Positions 9,224 through 19,500 of a DNA stretch of 64,000 nucleotides are shown here, in pieces. Both the position numbers and the translations under genes were made by a program. The notes below the pieces were generated by a model that was given only the letters and a program-made list of their open reading frames with translations, ran no database searches and was not told the DNA's origin. Within the stretch, counting starts at the first letter, position 1. Every line of letters starts with the position of its first letter. Where the stretch lies: NCBI GenBank assembly GCA_963674575.2, contig CAXXQT010000008.1, positions 182,977 to 246,976 on the forward strand, in the 5' to 3' direction. The stretch comes from Thermoguttaceae bacterium (lineage in GTDB: Bacteria; Planctomycetota; Planctomycetia; Pirellulales; Thermoguttaceae).

Positions 9224-9291
9224 GTAGGGTGCGTCTTGACGCACCTCCGGCTTTGATTCCCTCGCTCTTGGTGCGTCAAGACGCACCCTAC
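9224..9291. repeat. REP family B hairpin (gtagggtgcgtcttgacgcacc ... ggtgcgtcaagacgcaccctac)
   Basis: Perfect 22-nt arms lie at 9224-9245 and 9270-9291. A second copy is at 16446-16514. Confidence 0.8.
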
Positions 9292-9491
9292 GGACCTTCA
9301 TAGACGCTCTGAGCGTGCCACCCAGCAAAATTCCGGGGTAGAGAACTCCCCCACGCGAGCCGCCCTCCCGATTTTCCTGTTTTCGGGAGAATCTCTCTTG
9401 TAATCTATGACAGTTGTCATATACTGCCGATACTACAAGTGTCATAGGCGGCGGGCAGTTGCCCGTCTCCTGGAATGCATGGGGGTATTCA

Positions 9492-9890
9492 ATGGCCAAA
9501 AAGCGGCAGTCGACGCGGCTCCTCGCAAGCGAGCTGGAAATCCTCGACATGCTGTGGAGGACCGGGGACGTGACCATTGCGGAAGCGCGGGCGGCGCTCG
9601 GGGGCGACGCGGGCTACACGACCGTGCAGACCCGCCTCAACCGCATGGTTGCCAAGGGCATCGTACGCAGGTCGCGGGCCACGCCGGCTCGATATTCGGC
9701 CGGGGTCACGTCCGACGACGTGACGGGGCGTGATCTCGACCTGCTCTTGGAACGGGTCAGCCGCGGTCGAGTCGTTCCCCTGGTCGCCCATCTGGTGAAA
9801 GACCGGGACTTGTCCTCAAGCGAGATCGAGGAGTTGAAGCGTCTGATTCGGGAGGCTGAGAAGGAGAGCCGTTCTTCGGAAAGAAAGTGA
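9492..9890 (+). CDS. BlaI/MecI/CopY-family transcriptional repressor
   Basis: Winged-helix pattern LASELEILDMLWRTGDVTIAEARAAL...GYTTVQTRLNRMVAKGIVRR. The ATG at 9492 (MAKKRQ) is used rather than the track start 9414. It lies 10 nt upstream of the BlaR1-like gene. Confidence 0.85.
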   Translation: MAKKRQSTRLLASELEILDMLWRTGDVTIAEARAALGGDAGYTTVQTRLNRMVAKGIVRRSRATPARYSAGVTSDDVTGRDLDLLLERVSRGRVVPLVAHLVKDRDLSSSEIEELKRLIREAEKESRSSERK

Positions 9891-9899
9891 GGGGGATCC

Positions 9900-12167
9900 A
9901 TGGGTGCGTGGTTGGCGACTTGCTTGTCGAGTGTGGGGTGGGCCTCGGTCCTGATGGCCGTCGCAGGTCTTCTGGCCTGGGCGGGTCTGCGGTTCTTCCG
10001 TGCGAAATCGCCGGGGCTTCATCAAGCGGCATGGTGGATCGTGCTGCTCCAAGGATTGATCTTGTTCCAGGCCACACTGACGATCCCTTGGTACGAGCCG
10101 GAAGCTGTGCCCGCCCAAGTGGAAACGGTTCCTGTGTCGGCGATTCCGCCATCGGTCGAACTGGCCCGCTTCGATTCAGCCGTGCAACCGGCAGTCGAAG
10201 CCGCGGTCCCGGAAAAAGAGCCGACCGCGGTGGCCGAAAGTCTGGAGAGACGGGCAGTCTTGCCCTGGCCCTGGCTCCTGGCCATCGCGTGGATCGGTGG
10301 GATGGCCCTGATTCTCGTGCGGTGGTTGTGGGGCTATGTGGTGTTCCTCCGCGCGTGCTGCGATATGAGAGACGGGGGCGAGGAATGGCGAGTCGCTGAC
10401 GGGTTAAGCCCCACCCTGGCCCTCCCCCTCGCTTCGCTGGGGAGGGAAGAAGTGCCTGCTCCCCCCGCTTCGCTGGGGAGCGAGGTGTTGGCAGAATGGA
10501 AAGCCGTTCTCCGGGAGGCCGGAGTGGGGGCATCGATTCCGATCCAGTTCGGATTCGATGCCGGCCCGGCCTTGTGCCGGCATCCTTTGGGATACCGCTT
10601 GATCGTGCCGATTCGGCTATGGCGGCGTTTGACCGGCCGGCAGCGTCGCTGCATCCTGCAGCACGAGGTGGCCCACTACCTGCGAGGAGACGTTTGGCGA
10701 TTGTTCCTCGCGAGGCTTCTCGCCCTGCCGCACTGGTTCAATCCCATGGCCTGGCACGCCGTGCGGTCGATCGAGCTTGCCACGGAATATGCGTGCGATG
10801 ATTACGTCCGCCGGATGGATCCGGCGAGGAAGATCGATCTGGCCAGAACGCTTCTGGCTGTGGGGGAAATGCTGAGCCAAACGCCCGCTTGGGCAACTGC
10901 CGGTGGAGGTGGGTGCCTGTTCAAGCGGATTTCGCGGATTCTTTCCGCCAATCAAGAGGGAGATTCGATCATGAAGAAGGCGATGATCGTGGTGGTGTTC
11001 GTTCTCGCCGTGTTGGTGTCTCTGGTTCGAGTCGAGTTGGTCGCCCAGGAGTCGCCGCCGAACGCGCAAGTGGCAAAGCCGGCCGCCGACACCGATTCGC
11101 CGAAGACGACAGCCGTCCAGAAGAGGATACGTGAACTGTCTGAACAAGAAGCGATCCCGCACGAAGAAATCGAGGCCGTTGCCGCCCAGGCGGCGGCTGC
11201 CGGTAATGCAGGACGAGTCTTTGCCGAGGTGGTGGCCGCCTACCATGACCTGGGAGCAACCGAGCGAATCGTGGCTTGGGCACAAGCGGCGCTGCGCCAA
11301 CCGATCAGTCCGCTGGAGCGACTACGGATGTTCCAATACTGGGCGGAGGCGGCCCACCTTCAATTGCAGGGACAACCCCCGCAAAACGAACCCGAGGAGC
11401 CGCCGACTTTTTGCCCCGGGGGGGCCCCAGCTGTGTTCCGTCCGGCCTTCTTGGGGCTTATGGAAGCGAGCCGCTACCGAATTCCCGTCGACGGGTTCGG
11501 CCCTTCTCAGCAGCCCCAGGGAGACGCCGCCTCGTGGACTCAGGAGCAGAAGGCCGAACTCGTCGGAATTCGCGACAAACTGGTTCACCTGCTTTCGAAG
11601 GGCAGCCCGGCGTTTGAGCTGGCTCTGAAGCGATTCTTCCTCTCGGAGGGATTTATCGAAAGCCTTCCCGGTCCCAATGCGACCCCTCGTTGGCTTGGAG
11701 AAGGTCGAGCCTGGGCGGGCACGTTCCTGCTCGACTACCCCGCACTGTGGAAAGACCTTCCGCCCGTGGCCGATGCCTACATAGGTGAGGTGGGCGCCTT
11801 CGACGACGTCAAGCTCGGCCTCAAGGAAGACTCGCATGGGCCCCAGGTCGACCTGGACGTGGAACTGATTCCCTTCCTCGGAAAGCACACCACGGTGGTC
11901 ACCGACTACCGTCAATCGCCCAACGGCTCTGACGAGGAGTTTCTGCTAGCCGTCGAGGTTACCAATGCTCGGCAAGTGGCCGACGTTGTCCGACGTCTTA
12001 TGGAGAAGGAACCCGACGCGAAGATATTGAGCGAGGGAGAGGAGAAGATCTGGGCCGTGGAGCAGCCGGAAGACGGATCCGGTCCTCAGGGTGTGTGTGT
12101 GACCCATGGCTATTACCTGGCCGGCGACCTGGATCTGTTGCTGGAAACCCTCAAACGGGCGCCGTGA
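9900..12167 (+). CDS. BlaR1/M56-family membrane metalloprotease-like sensor with a long extracytoplasmic C-terminal region
   Basis: N-terminal TM helices, the HEXXH motif ILQHEVAHYLRGD, a further TM helix (AMIVVVFVLAVLVSLV), then ~390 aa with no motif I can name. Confidence 0.85.
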   Translation: MGAWLATCLSSVGWASVLMAVAGLLAWAGLRFFRAKSPGLHQAAWWIVLLQGLILFQATLTIPWYEPEAVPAQVETVPVSAIPPSVELARFDSAVQPAVEAAVPEKEPTAVAESLERRAVLPWPWLLAIAWIGGMALILVRWLWGYVVFLRACCDMRDGGEEWRVADGLSPTLALPLASLGREEVPAPPASLGSEVLAEWKAVLREAGVGASIPIQFGFDAGPALCRHPLGYRLIVPIRLWRRLTGRQRRCILQHEVAHYLRGDVWRLFLARLLALPHWFNPMAWHAVRSIELATEYACDDYVRRMDPARKIDLARTLLAVGEMLSQTPAWATAGGGGCLFKRISRILSANQEGDSIMKKAMIVVVFVLAVLVSLVRVELVAQESPPNAQVAKPAADTDSPKTTAVQKRIRELSEQEAIPHEEIEAVAAQAAAAGNAGRVFAEVVAAYHDLGATERIVAWAQAALRQPISPLERLRMFQYWAEAAHLQLQGQPPQNEPEEPPTFCPGGAPAVFRPAFLGLMEASRYRIPVDGFGPSQQPQGDAASWTQEQKAELVGIRDKLVHLLSKGSPAFELALKRFFLSEGFIESLPGPNATPRWLGEGRAWAGTFLLDYPALWKDLPPVADAYIGEVGAFDDVKLGLKEDSHGPQVDLDVELIPFLGKHTTVVTDYRQSPNGSDEEFLLAVEVTNARQVADVVRRLMEKEPDAKILSEGEEKIWAVEQPEDGSGPQGVCVTHGYYLAGDLDLLLETLKRAP

Positions 12168-12322
12168 ACCGTCATCGCCTCGAACGTCCGTTTTTCGCGT
12201 AAGTGACACGATGTCAATACTTTGTGTGGACGGTCGAGCCTCGCAGGACGCTGGTTTCTGGATTTGCCGCATGGCATGAAGTACAATGCCATGTGGCAAT
12301 GCTCTCGATTGGCGAGATTCCC

Positions 12323-12757
12323 ATGGAAAACATCCTTCGTGTCCGAGATTACCTGGGCGGCTCGGTCGTGATCGGCTCACCGGAGTCGGAACTGGACTTC
12401 GTGCCGATGATCCGTCAGGGCTTCCCCGTATCCGTATTCGCTTCGCTGCGCGATCGCGCCAAATTGAGCGAAGATGTTATATGCAGTTCGTTGCGGATCG
12501 CCAAACGAACGGCAGCTCGCCGCAAGAAGGACGCCGAGCGTCTGAAACCCGTGGAATCCGAACTGCTTCTCAGGCTTGCCCGGGTCCTTGCCTCGGCCAC
12601 CGAGGTTCTGGGGACGGAAGACAAGGGACGCCAGTGGCTGACCACCGCCAATCGCGCCTTGGCAGGAGCCGCCCCGATTGATCTTCTCGATACGGGGCTG
12701 GGCTTTGAAGAGGTCATGGACGTTCTCACCCGGATCGAGCACGGAGTCTATAGCTGA
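12323..12757 (+). CDS. Xre/DUF2384-type antitoxin of a RES-Xre toxin-antitoxin pair
   Basis: C-terminal DUF2384-like pattern GRQWLTTANRALAGAAPIDLLDTGLGFEEVMDVLTRIEHGVY. The stop TGA shares its A with the ATG of the RES gene at 12757. The start could be 12299 or 12323. Confidence 0.8.
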   Translation: MENILRVRDYLGGSVVIGSPESELDFVPMIRQGFPVSVFASLRDRAKLSEDVICSSLRIAKRTAARRKKDAERLKPVESELLLRLARVLASATEVLGTEDKGRQWLTTANRALAGAAPIDLLDTGLGFEEVMDVLTRIEHGVYS

Positions 12758-13242
12758 TGCGGGTGTGGCGAATCTGCCGACAGCGGCACCTTGCCACCGC
12801 GCTGGGCGGGATTGGTGCGGAAATGGTGGGCGGGCGTTGGAACCGCAAAGGCCTGCGGATGGTCTATGCCTCGACGCCCCTTTCCCTCGCTTCCCTTGAG
12901 TTGTTCGTTCACCTTGAACCGAACTTGGTTCCGGCCGATCTCTACTCGGTCTGCGCAACCGTTCCCGACGATTGTTCCCTGGAACGACTGTCCGAAGAAG
13001 ACCTCCCGGCAAACTGGCGCGACTATCCGGCGCCGCGAAGCCTTCAGGGCCTCGGCTCCCAATGGCTCCTCGAGCGACGTTCGCTCGTCTTGATGGTCCC
13101 TTCGGCTGTCAATCCCGAGGAGTTCAACGTTCTTCTGAATCCTCTTCATCCGGAGATGGCAAGCGTCTCCGATGTGGCTTCCAAGCCGTTCCATTTCGAT
13201 CCACGAATGTGGGACACTCGCGGAAACGTGGGGCCCGGGTGA
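12757..13242 (+). CDS. RES-domain toxin (ParT/MbcT-like NAD-targeting family)
   Basis: 161 aa with GGRWNRKG (Arg), LEPNL/PEEFN (Glu) and VLMVPSAVNPEEFNVLLNP (Ser) at the positions typical of RES domains. It is translationally coupled to the upstream antitoxin. Confidence 0.85.
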   Translation: MRVWRICRQRHLATALGGIGAEMVGGRWNRKGLRMVYASTPLSLASLELFVHLEPNLVPADLYSVCATVPDDCSLERLSEEDLPANWRDYPAPRSLQGLGSQWLLERRSLVLMVPSAVNPEEFNVLLNPLHPEMASVSDVASKPFHFDPRMWDTRGNVGPG

Positions 13243-13243
13243 T

Positions 13244-16200
13244 TCATTTCGCGACCGTGTTCCCGGTGAGGCAAACGACGTCGCCGTTTTCAAGCGACAG
13301 ATAAAGCCGCTCGTCTGCCGAGGCCATGCCGTCGAAAACGGGTGGGCAATCGAGAGGCAGTTTTCCGAGAATCGCCCCGTTGCCGGCATCGATCGACATC
13401 ATGAGCCCCGCGTCGGATTGACGCGGTGTTCCGGAATGCTCGCCGCCTCGGGCGGGGGCGCCGGCCACGAAGAGCACGCCCGCGGCCTTGACCATGGCGC
13501 GGACCCGCAAAGGCACCGTTACGTTCCACTTCTTCTCGCCGCCGGCGCGAGAGACGGCGAAAAGCCGGTAGGGGCCGTCTTCCAACTGGTTCGACCAGTG
13601 AACGCTCGTCCGGCCGTAGCCGAAAACGGTCTTGTCATCGAACACCAGGAGCCGGCCGTAGATGAGGTTCTTCTGGCGACCGCTGCAGCCGGTCGAAAGA
13701 GAGCATTCCTTGCCGAAGATCCAGTAGGATCGGTGGGACCAGGCATCGTCGAGCATACCCGTCACGGCAAACAGGTGATCGCTGCCGCCGTGGCGAATCA
13801 TCGCCTTCCCGTCGAAGGCCGACTCTTGCAGGTAGACGTGCTCGGCATCGCACGAGAGGATGTCGTTGCGCGACCCGGGCATGCGGTTCTGGTCGTACTG
13901 TTCCGGCTGACGCCCGGTTTCCTGGTCGGGGCTGTAGATCGGCGTCCGCTTCAGAAGCCGTCCCGTGGCGGGATCGATCCGGCAGATATTCAAGCCGCCG
14001 TCGAGGTAGGAATTTCGTCCGGCGACGGCCACTACGGCGCCCTCCCGCGAGAGAACGCTGCCCAGGCAGGGCGAAACCGATTCCACCTGCCCGTCGACCA
14101 CCGTGCGGCGATCGGCCGATGCCGCCAGAAGCCGCCAGGCCATGACGCCGTCGCTCGTATCAACGCTGTACACGTACCCGTCGTGAGAACCGAACAGGGC
14201 TCGCCCTGCGACGATGGTTGGGGGCGAGTCGATCCGCGCCCCGGCAACGAACTGCCACGCTTGCTGTCCCGAGGCGGCCTCCAACGCACACACGCGATGG
14301 GCATTCACATCGGCCACGAGCACCTTGCCGCCGTCTACGACGAGCGAGCTGAGCCGGTCACCGACTTTGGCTTGCCAGGCCACGTTGAGAGCGGCAGGCA
14401 CGGCCGTTTCTGTCGAGCCGCTCCGCTCGCCGTCGTGGCGATAGGTGGGCCAGCCGGAAGAAGCCGCGGCCTGCGCCGGAGCAAGCGGACGTTCAAAAGC
14501 TGGGCCCCGTTCCGGCGACGAGGTTGTTGACGGAGCCGTTCCGTCATGCGGATGACGGGGGGACAACACATAGAAGCCGGTAGTCTTGACCGTTGTGTAG
14601 CAGCCGCAGGCATGGGGCGGGGCGTAGAGCAGACCGTTCGCCGGCATCACGCCGTAGCGGCACACCCCGCGGACCCAACTGTTCCACAGCACTTCCCCTG
14701 ACCTGAGATCGATGAACTCCGTGCCCCGCCGACCGCCCAGGATATAGTGATCCGTGGCCTTGTTGTCGTAGCAGCGGTGATGGTGGCCCGGGTTCTCCGG
14801 TTCCACGTGCATCAACACGTCTCCCGTCTCGGGATCGCGCTGGGTGACGAAGTACGGCCCCCACGCCGGGCTCCGCTTGTTTGGAATAGGTTTGAATCCA
14901 CCGATCCAAACAGAGCCATCGGCCACGAAGACGTCGCGAATCTGCACGAGCAGAGGTTTCTGGCTCCAGAGTTTCTTACCGGAGTCGAGCGACAAGGCTT
15001 CAATCTTCTCGTTGCCCGCGCAGTATACGCGATCGTTATTGACGAGTTTGAGCGTGGGAGCCGCGGTGTTCCACTTCTCCTCGCCGGTTTTCAAGTCGAC
15101 ACAAACGATTCCTCGCCCAGTTTGATAGAGCGTGCATCCGTCGGCGGCGCGAAGCGACAGGGGCCGATAGCCCTGCAATTCGGAGTCTTCCTTGGCCCAC
15201 AGTTTGCTTCCCGATTCTGCATCGAAGGCAACAATCGATTTCTTGCCCTTGTTCTCCGTCGTTCGCAGCCGTTTGACCAGCGGCTCGGCGGAGTCGCGAG
15301 TATCGACGGGCGACGCGTCGAGGCCGACCAACTTCACCCACTTGTCGATTTCCTCGATCCGTTCCTTTGTCACGCTGCGAACCAAGGCTAGAAGCACCCC
15401 TTCCTCGAGGAGGATCTCCTCGGCGCCACGCGTGTCTTCGTAGGTTTGCACGACTTCGCCGCTGGCCGCATCCACGGCCACGAGGGGCGCATGGAGCCCC
15501 AGCGTGACGTAGACCCGATCACCGACGGCCACGAGTTTGTGCTGCAACTGGCGCGGTGTGGCCCCCCAGTTCACGATGTGCGGAAACCATTGGGCGATCG
15601 GTTTTTCCCAGAGAAGCGTCCCGTTGAAGGCATCGCGTGCGACCAGGCACCAGCGGGGCGTGGCACGCAAGGCGTTTGTTTCACTGTCGTCGAGGATGTA
15701 GAAGATCCGTCCGCCCGAGGAAACGACGCAATAGATCCCCGGCACGTGTTCGTGGCTTCGCATATAACTTGGACCGGAAATCCATTGGACCCGGCCCGGC
15801 GGAGCGACCACCTCGTCGTGGGCCACCGGGTTGCCGCTGGCGTCGTACTTGAAGTGGGTCCACTCGTCGATGTCCGTAGGACGAGGCTTGACGGTCTTCA
15901 CCCAGGCACCGTCCTTCTTCTCCCACAACACGCCGCAAGGCGCGAGCACCCGCAGGGCCTCCGTCCGGGAAACCTGGCCAAGCCGCTTGGCCACAACGAG
16001 GTTCACCACATTGTCTGCGTAAGGAAGGCGAGCCCCGTCGAATGTGTCGACGGCCACCCGGCCGTACCGGCCTTGGTTCAACAGGGAAGTGCGTGCCGCT
16101 GCAACACGTCCCGCGTCAGTATCCAGGCCGTGAACGAGCCAGTTCTCATGGCCTGCCAGATCGCCGAGCAATTGACCGTCGTTAATGCCCAGCACAACAA

Positions 16201-16336
16201 CTAGCCCGCCGGGAACTCCGGCAGCTTGAAGAGCCTCGTCGGCCGTCGCGCTGCCGGCAGGTGCGGCGACGGCTGTACTGGTAAGGCCAACGAGTAACGC
16301 AAACAGGCAAGATCGCAAGAGGGGCGTTGGCAACAT
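13244..16336 (-). CDS. Large secreted protein: N-terminal methyltransferase-fold-like domain plus PQQ/BamB-like beta-propeller repeats
   Basis: Signal peptide MLPTPLLRSCLFALLVGLTSTAVAA (ATG at 16336; the track start 16351 is TTG). Then VVVLGINDGQLLGDLAG...LVHGLDTD...NVVNLVV. Many propeller repeats follow, of the type GSHDGYVYSVDTSDGVMAWR and AHRVCALEAASGQQAWQ. It is a paralogue of 39209..42193. Confidence 0.8.
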   Translation of the reverse strand: MLPTPLLRSCLFALLVGLTSTAVAAPAGSATADEALQAAGVPGGLVVVLGINDGQLLGDLAGHENWLVHGLDTDAGRVAAARTSLLNQGRYGRVAVDTFDGARLPYADNVVNLVVAKRLGQVSRTEALRVLAPCGVLWEKKDGAWVKTVKPRPTDIDEWTHFKYDASGNPVAHDEVVAPPGRVQWISGPSYMRSHEHVPGIYCVVSSGGRIFYILDDSETNALRATPRWCLVARDAFNGTLLWEKPIAQWFPHIVNWGATPRQLQHKLVAVGDRVYVTLGLHAPLVAVDAASGEVVQTYEDTRGAEEILLEEGVLLALVRSVTKERIEEIDKWVKLVGLDASPVDTRDSAEPLVKRLRTTENKGKKSIVAFDAESGSKLWAKEDSELQGYRPLSLRAADGCTLYQTGRGIVCVDLKTGEEKWNTAAPTLKLVNNDRVYCAGNEKIEALSLDSGKKLWSQKPLLVQIRDVFVADGSVWIGGFKPIPNKRSPAWGPYFVTQRDPETGDVLMHVEPENPGHHHRCYDNKATDHYILGGRRGTEFIDLRSGEVLWNSWVRGVCRYGVMPANGLLYAPPHACGCYTTVKTTGFYVLSPRHPHDGTAPSTTSSPERGPAFERPLAPAQAAASSGWPTYRHDGERSGSTETAVPAALNVAWQAKVGDRLSSLVVDGGKVLVADVNAHRVCALEAASGQQAWQFVAGARIDSPPTIVAGRALFGSHDGYVYSVDTSDGVMAWRLLAASADRRTVVDGQVESVSPCLGSVLSREGAVVAVAGRNSYLDGGLNICRIDPATGRLLKRTPIYSPDQETGRQPEQYDQNRMPGSRNDILSCDAEHVYLQESAFDGKAMIRHGGSDHLFAVTGMLDDAWSHRSYWIFGKECSLSTGCSGRQKNLIYGRLLVFDDKTVFGYGRTSVHWSNQLEDGPYRLFAVSRAGGEKKWNVTVPLRVRAMVKAAGVLFVAGAPARGGEHSGTPRQSDAGLMMSIDAGNGAILGKLPLDCPPVFDGMASADERLYLSLENGDVVCLTGNTVAK

Positions 16337-16357
16337 GACAAAACCTCGCAAGAAATG

Positions 16358-16406
16358 TCGTTGTTCGCTCCGCGAACAAACGCCTTTTCGCGGAGCGAAA
16401 AGCGAC
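16358..16406. repeat. REP family A unit
   Basis: cgctccgcgaa (16366-16376) and ttcgcggagcg (16387-16397), the same unit as at 762-812 and 52612-52660. Confidence 0.8.
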
Positions 16407-16445
16407 TATCCGCGGCCTCGATCTCTGGTATCGCGTGTTCAACGC

Positions 16446-16514
16446 GTAGGGTGCGTCTTGACGCACCAATTGGCACATTATTGGCGATGCTCGGTGCGTC
16501 GAGACGCACCATAC
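16446..16514. repeat. REP family B hairpin
   Basis: gtagggtgcgtcttgacgcacc (16446-16467) pairs with ggtgcgtcgagacgcaccatac (16493-16514). Confidence 0.8.
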
Positions 16515-16534
16515 GGCCCTCTGGCAACGCGTGT

Positions 16535-19500
16535 TCAGTTCTTCGAAGCCGGCGTTCCAGTCCCGGCTAGGTTGGCCACCTCTTCTTTGTTGAGCATCCC
16601 GCGGTAAACGCGCAGGTCATCAACCTGGCCATGCAAGTTGTTGTTGGCGTTCTCTTCCCAGCGATTCCAGCCGCCGATGCGGAAACGATGGAGGTCCAAG
16701 GCCTGGCCAATGCCAAGGAAAGCCTGGCCCGCCGGTTGACCATCCACGTAAAAGGCCGCCTTGCCGCCGAAGCGGGCATCGCAGACCAGGGCCACGTGGT
16801 GCCACGTGCCGGTCGCCAGCGGCGTGTCGGCTGTGCAATGCGTCCAGTTCCATCCGCCCGTGTTGACGGCCACGTTGGGCGTGCCGTCCGGGAGGAGGCT
16901 GAAGTGGACGGCGCCGGACTGGGCCTCATTGCAGAACAGGAGCGGACTCCATTGGCGGTTGAGCGAGTCGGCCTTCACCCACAGGGCGATGGAGATCGCC
17001 TCGTGAGCGCCCAGACCGTCCGACTCGAGAAAACCGGTGCCATCCAGTTGCAGGCCCCCGCTGCCGTCGTGGCCCTCGCCGGGCCGGACGCCGACGGCTT
17101 TCATGGTCCGACCGTGCCCCGAACCGTCCGGCACGCTTCCGTCGGAGACCGCATCCAGCGACCACGAGGCGAGCAGTTCTGCCGGAATGGGATCGGGAGT
17201 GACGGGCTTGGCAAACTCGGGCGGGATGCCGCAGGCCGACTGAACGGTGGGCACGGGACGGAAGTCGGGCTGGCCTCGATAGCTGAGGTTGCGCCGACCA
17301 TAGTAAGACCCGTAATAGGGGGCGCCGCAATCGATCCAGGTCACGAGTTTGACCCATTCTTCGCGGGAGAGCTTCGTATCGTAGTGTCCGTCCTGGAGAA
17401 TCTGGATGAGTTTGCTCCGATGGGACCCGTGGCCGTAGGGAGGAACGGCTTCCACGTTGGCCATCGAGTAGTCGGCCCCGTTCCATTCCCGCACCGTGTC
17501 GACCAGGTCGGCTTGCATGATGTTTTCATAGGAACGATTGAAGATGGCCGTCATTTCGCCGCGCAGATCCGGCAGGGCCTTGGGATCCTTGCCGTTGTGG
17601 CAGCGGGTGCAGTGGCGGTCCAGCACCGGCTGAACGTCGCTCGGGTAGTGGAGCGGTCGCGGGGCGACCTCGCCCGGTTGGGCCGCAAGCTTCGCGGGCG
17701 GCCGGCCCAGTGCGGCCACCGAACGCGAAAGGGGCGCCTCGGTGCGGTGCTCGTGGCAGCCAATGCAGGAACGGTTCTCGCCCGGTTCGAGGTTCACGAA
17801 CGTCCGCATCCGCTGAACCTGCATGAAGTCCTTATCAAGGGCCTGGAGGAACAAGTTCTTGCCGGCGGGAACTTCGAAACAGGCCGAACCATCCTCCTCC
17901 ACCGGCACAATCCCGCATAGAACGGCGATCCAGATGTGGGCGTTGTGGCTCACGGCGATGTGCCCGCCAAACCCGTCGGCCCTGCGATCCTGGCCGCGGA
18001 GCGGGTCCACCTCGGCCGCCCAGGGCTTGGGAATCTGCTCCATGACACGGAGGTACTTGACTGTGCCCGGCTCGACACCGTCGAGGCCGCGGTAGACGTC
18101 GCTGACGAACAGGGTCGCTGTCTCGGAGGGTTCCTCCTGCTGCGGCAGCGGCGGGAGCACGGGGGGAACCTTACGCGGACGCAACGGCATGGGCTCAAAG
18201 CAGGACATCTCCGGATCATCGTAGATCGGGACCCGGTTGCCGAAGGCATCGAGCAGGTAGATGCCGTAGGCGGCCTGGTCGTTGTAGCGGCCCTCGGGAT
18301 TGCAGGAGACGAGGAAGAACTTGTCGGAAAGCGGGTAGGGGTCGGCATAGAAGGGGCCAAAGATGTCTTCGCGCCAAACGCCGTTGCGCCGCTGGTAGAG
18401 CCCCCGCAGACCTTGCGTTCTCACGTCCGGTGTGAGACTGGTCATCCCCTCCGGCGTGCGTTTGCTCCGACCCGGATTGAGCAGAAGCACCTGGCCGATG
18501 CCCATCGGCTCGTGGCCGCAACCAATGCAGACGGCCTGGCCCGGCTTGCCGGGAATCTGCCGACCTTGCCAGAAGACGCCCGGGTTGGTGATGTTGTCGC
18601 CGTAGAATTCCTCGCTCCCCGAACCGTCGGGACGCATGGTCCACAGGGGCTGCACCCCGGCGATGCCCTTGTAGACGTATTCCCAACGGTTGTAGAGAAT
18701 CCGCCCATCCTCCATGACCGTCGGCGTGAATTCGCTCAAGGCGCCCATCGACAGGGGACGCAGGCCCGTGCCGTCTGATTCCATCCGAAAGATGTTCGTG
18801 CAGGCCAGGTAATGGTTGGGCGTGCACAGCACACCGTGCTCCGAACGGGTGGAGGCGAAGCAGATCCCGCCGTCGGGCAAGTAGCAGGGGTGGACGTCGT
18901 CCGTCCAGAAGCGATAGCCGATGAGTCCGTAGAAACCGTCGCCCGTGCTTGTCTTGCCGTAAGTGGCGATGCGATCCTCTTCATCTTCCGGCGGGTGCGT
19001 CACCTGCCGCAGCCCTGTTCCGTCGACCCCGATTTCGTAGATCCGATAGCCTTCCCGCTGCGGACGGTGGTAGCCGAAGAGAATGCGCTTCGCGTCGAAG
19101 GAGAGGTCAAAACGGTCGAAAACCCCGCCGGCCAGCGCGGGGGCGATCTCGCGAACCGTGCCGTCGCTCAGCGACAGTTCGCAAAGGTTACCACCCCAGC
19201 GGCTGATGTGCTGGAAGTCGTCGTAGTAGTGCTTGCTGTTGTAGGTGTAGCGTTTGACAAACAGGATCTTCGCGTCTTTCAGCAGCGGGTTTTCTGCGAC
19301 GAGCATGCGGTGCTGCAAGCGGGGCAGGGCGGCCATCAAAGTGTGAGTTGCCTTGCGGGAAGGATCGAGCCGCGGCGTTTCGGCAACCAGTTGCTTCTCG
19401 AATTCATCCAGTTCCACCCGGAACGCCGAAACAGGATACGCTTCGTTTTGAGTTCGCCCCAGTTCCTCCACGGCGGCGCGGAGCCGGGCCAGGTCGGTCG

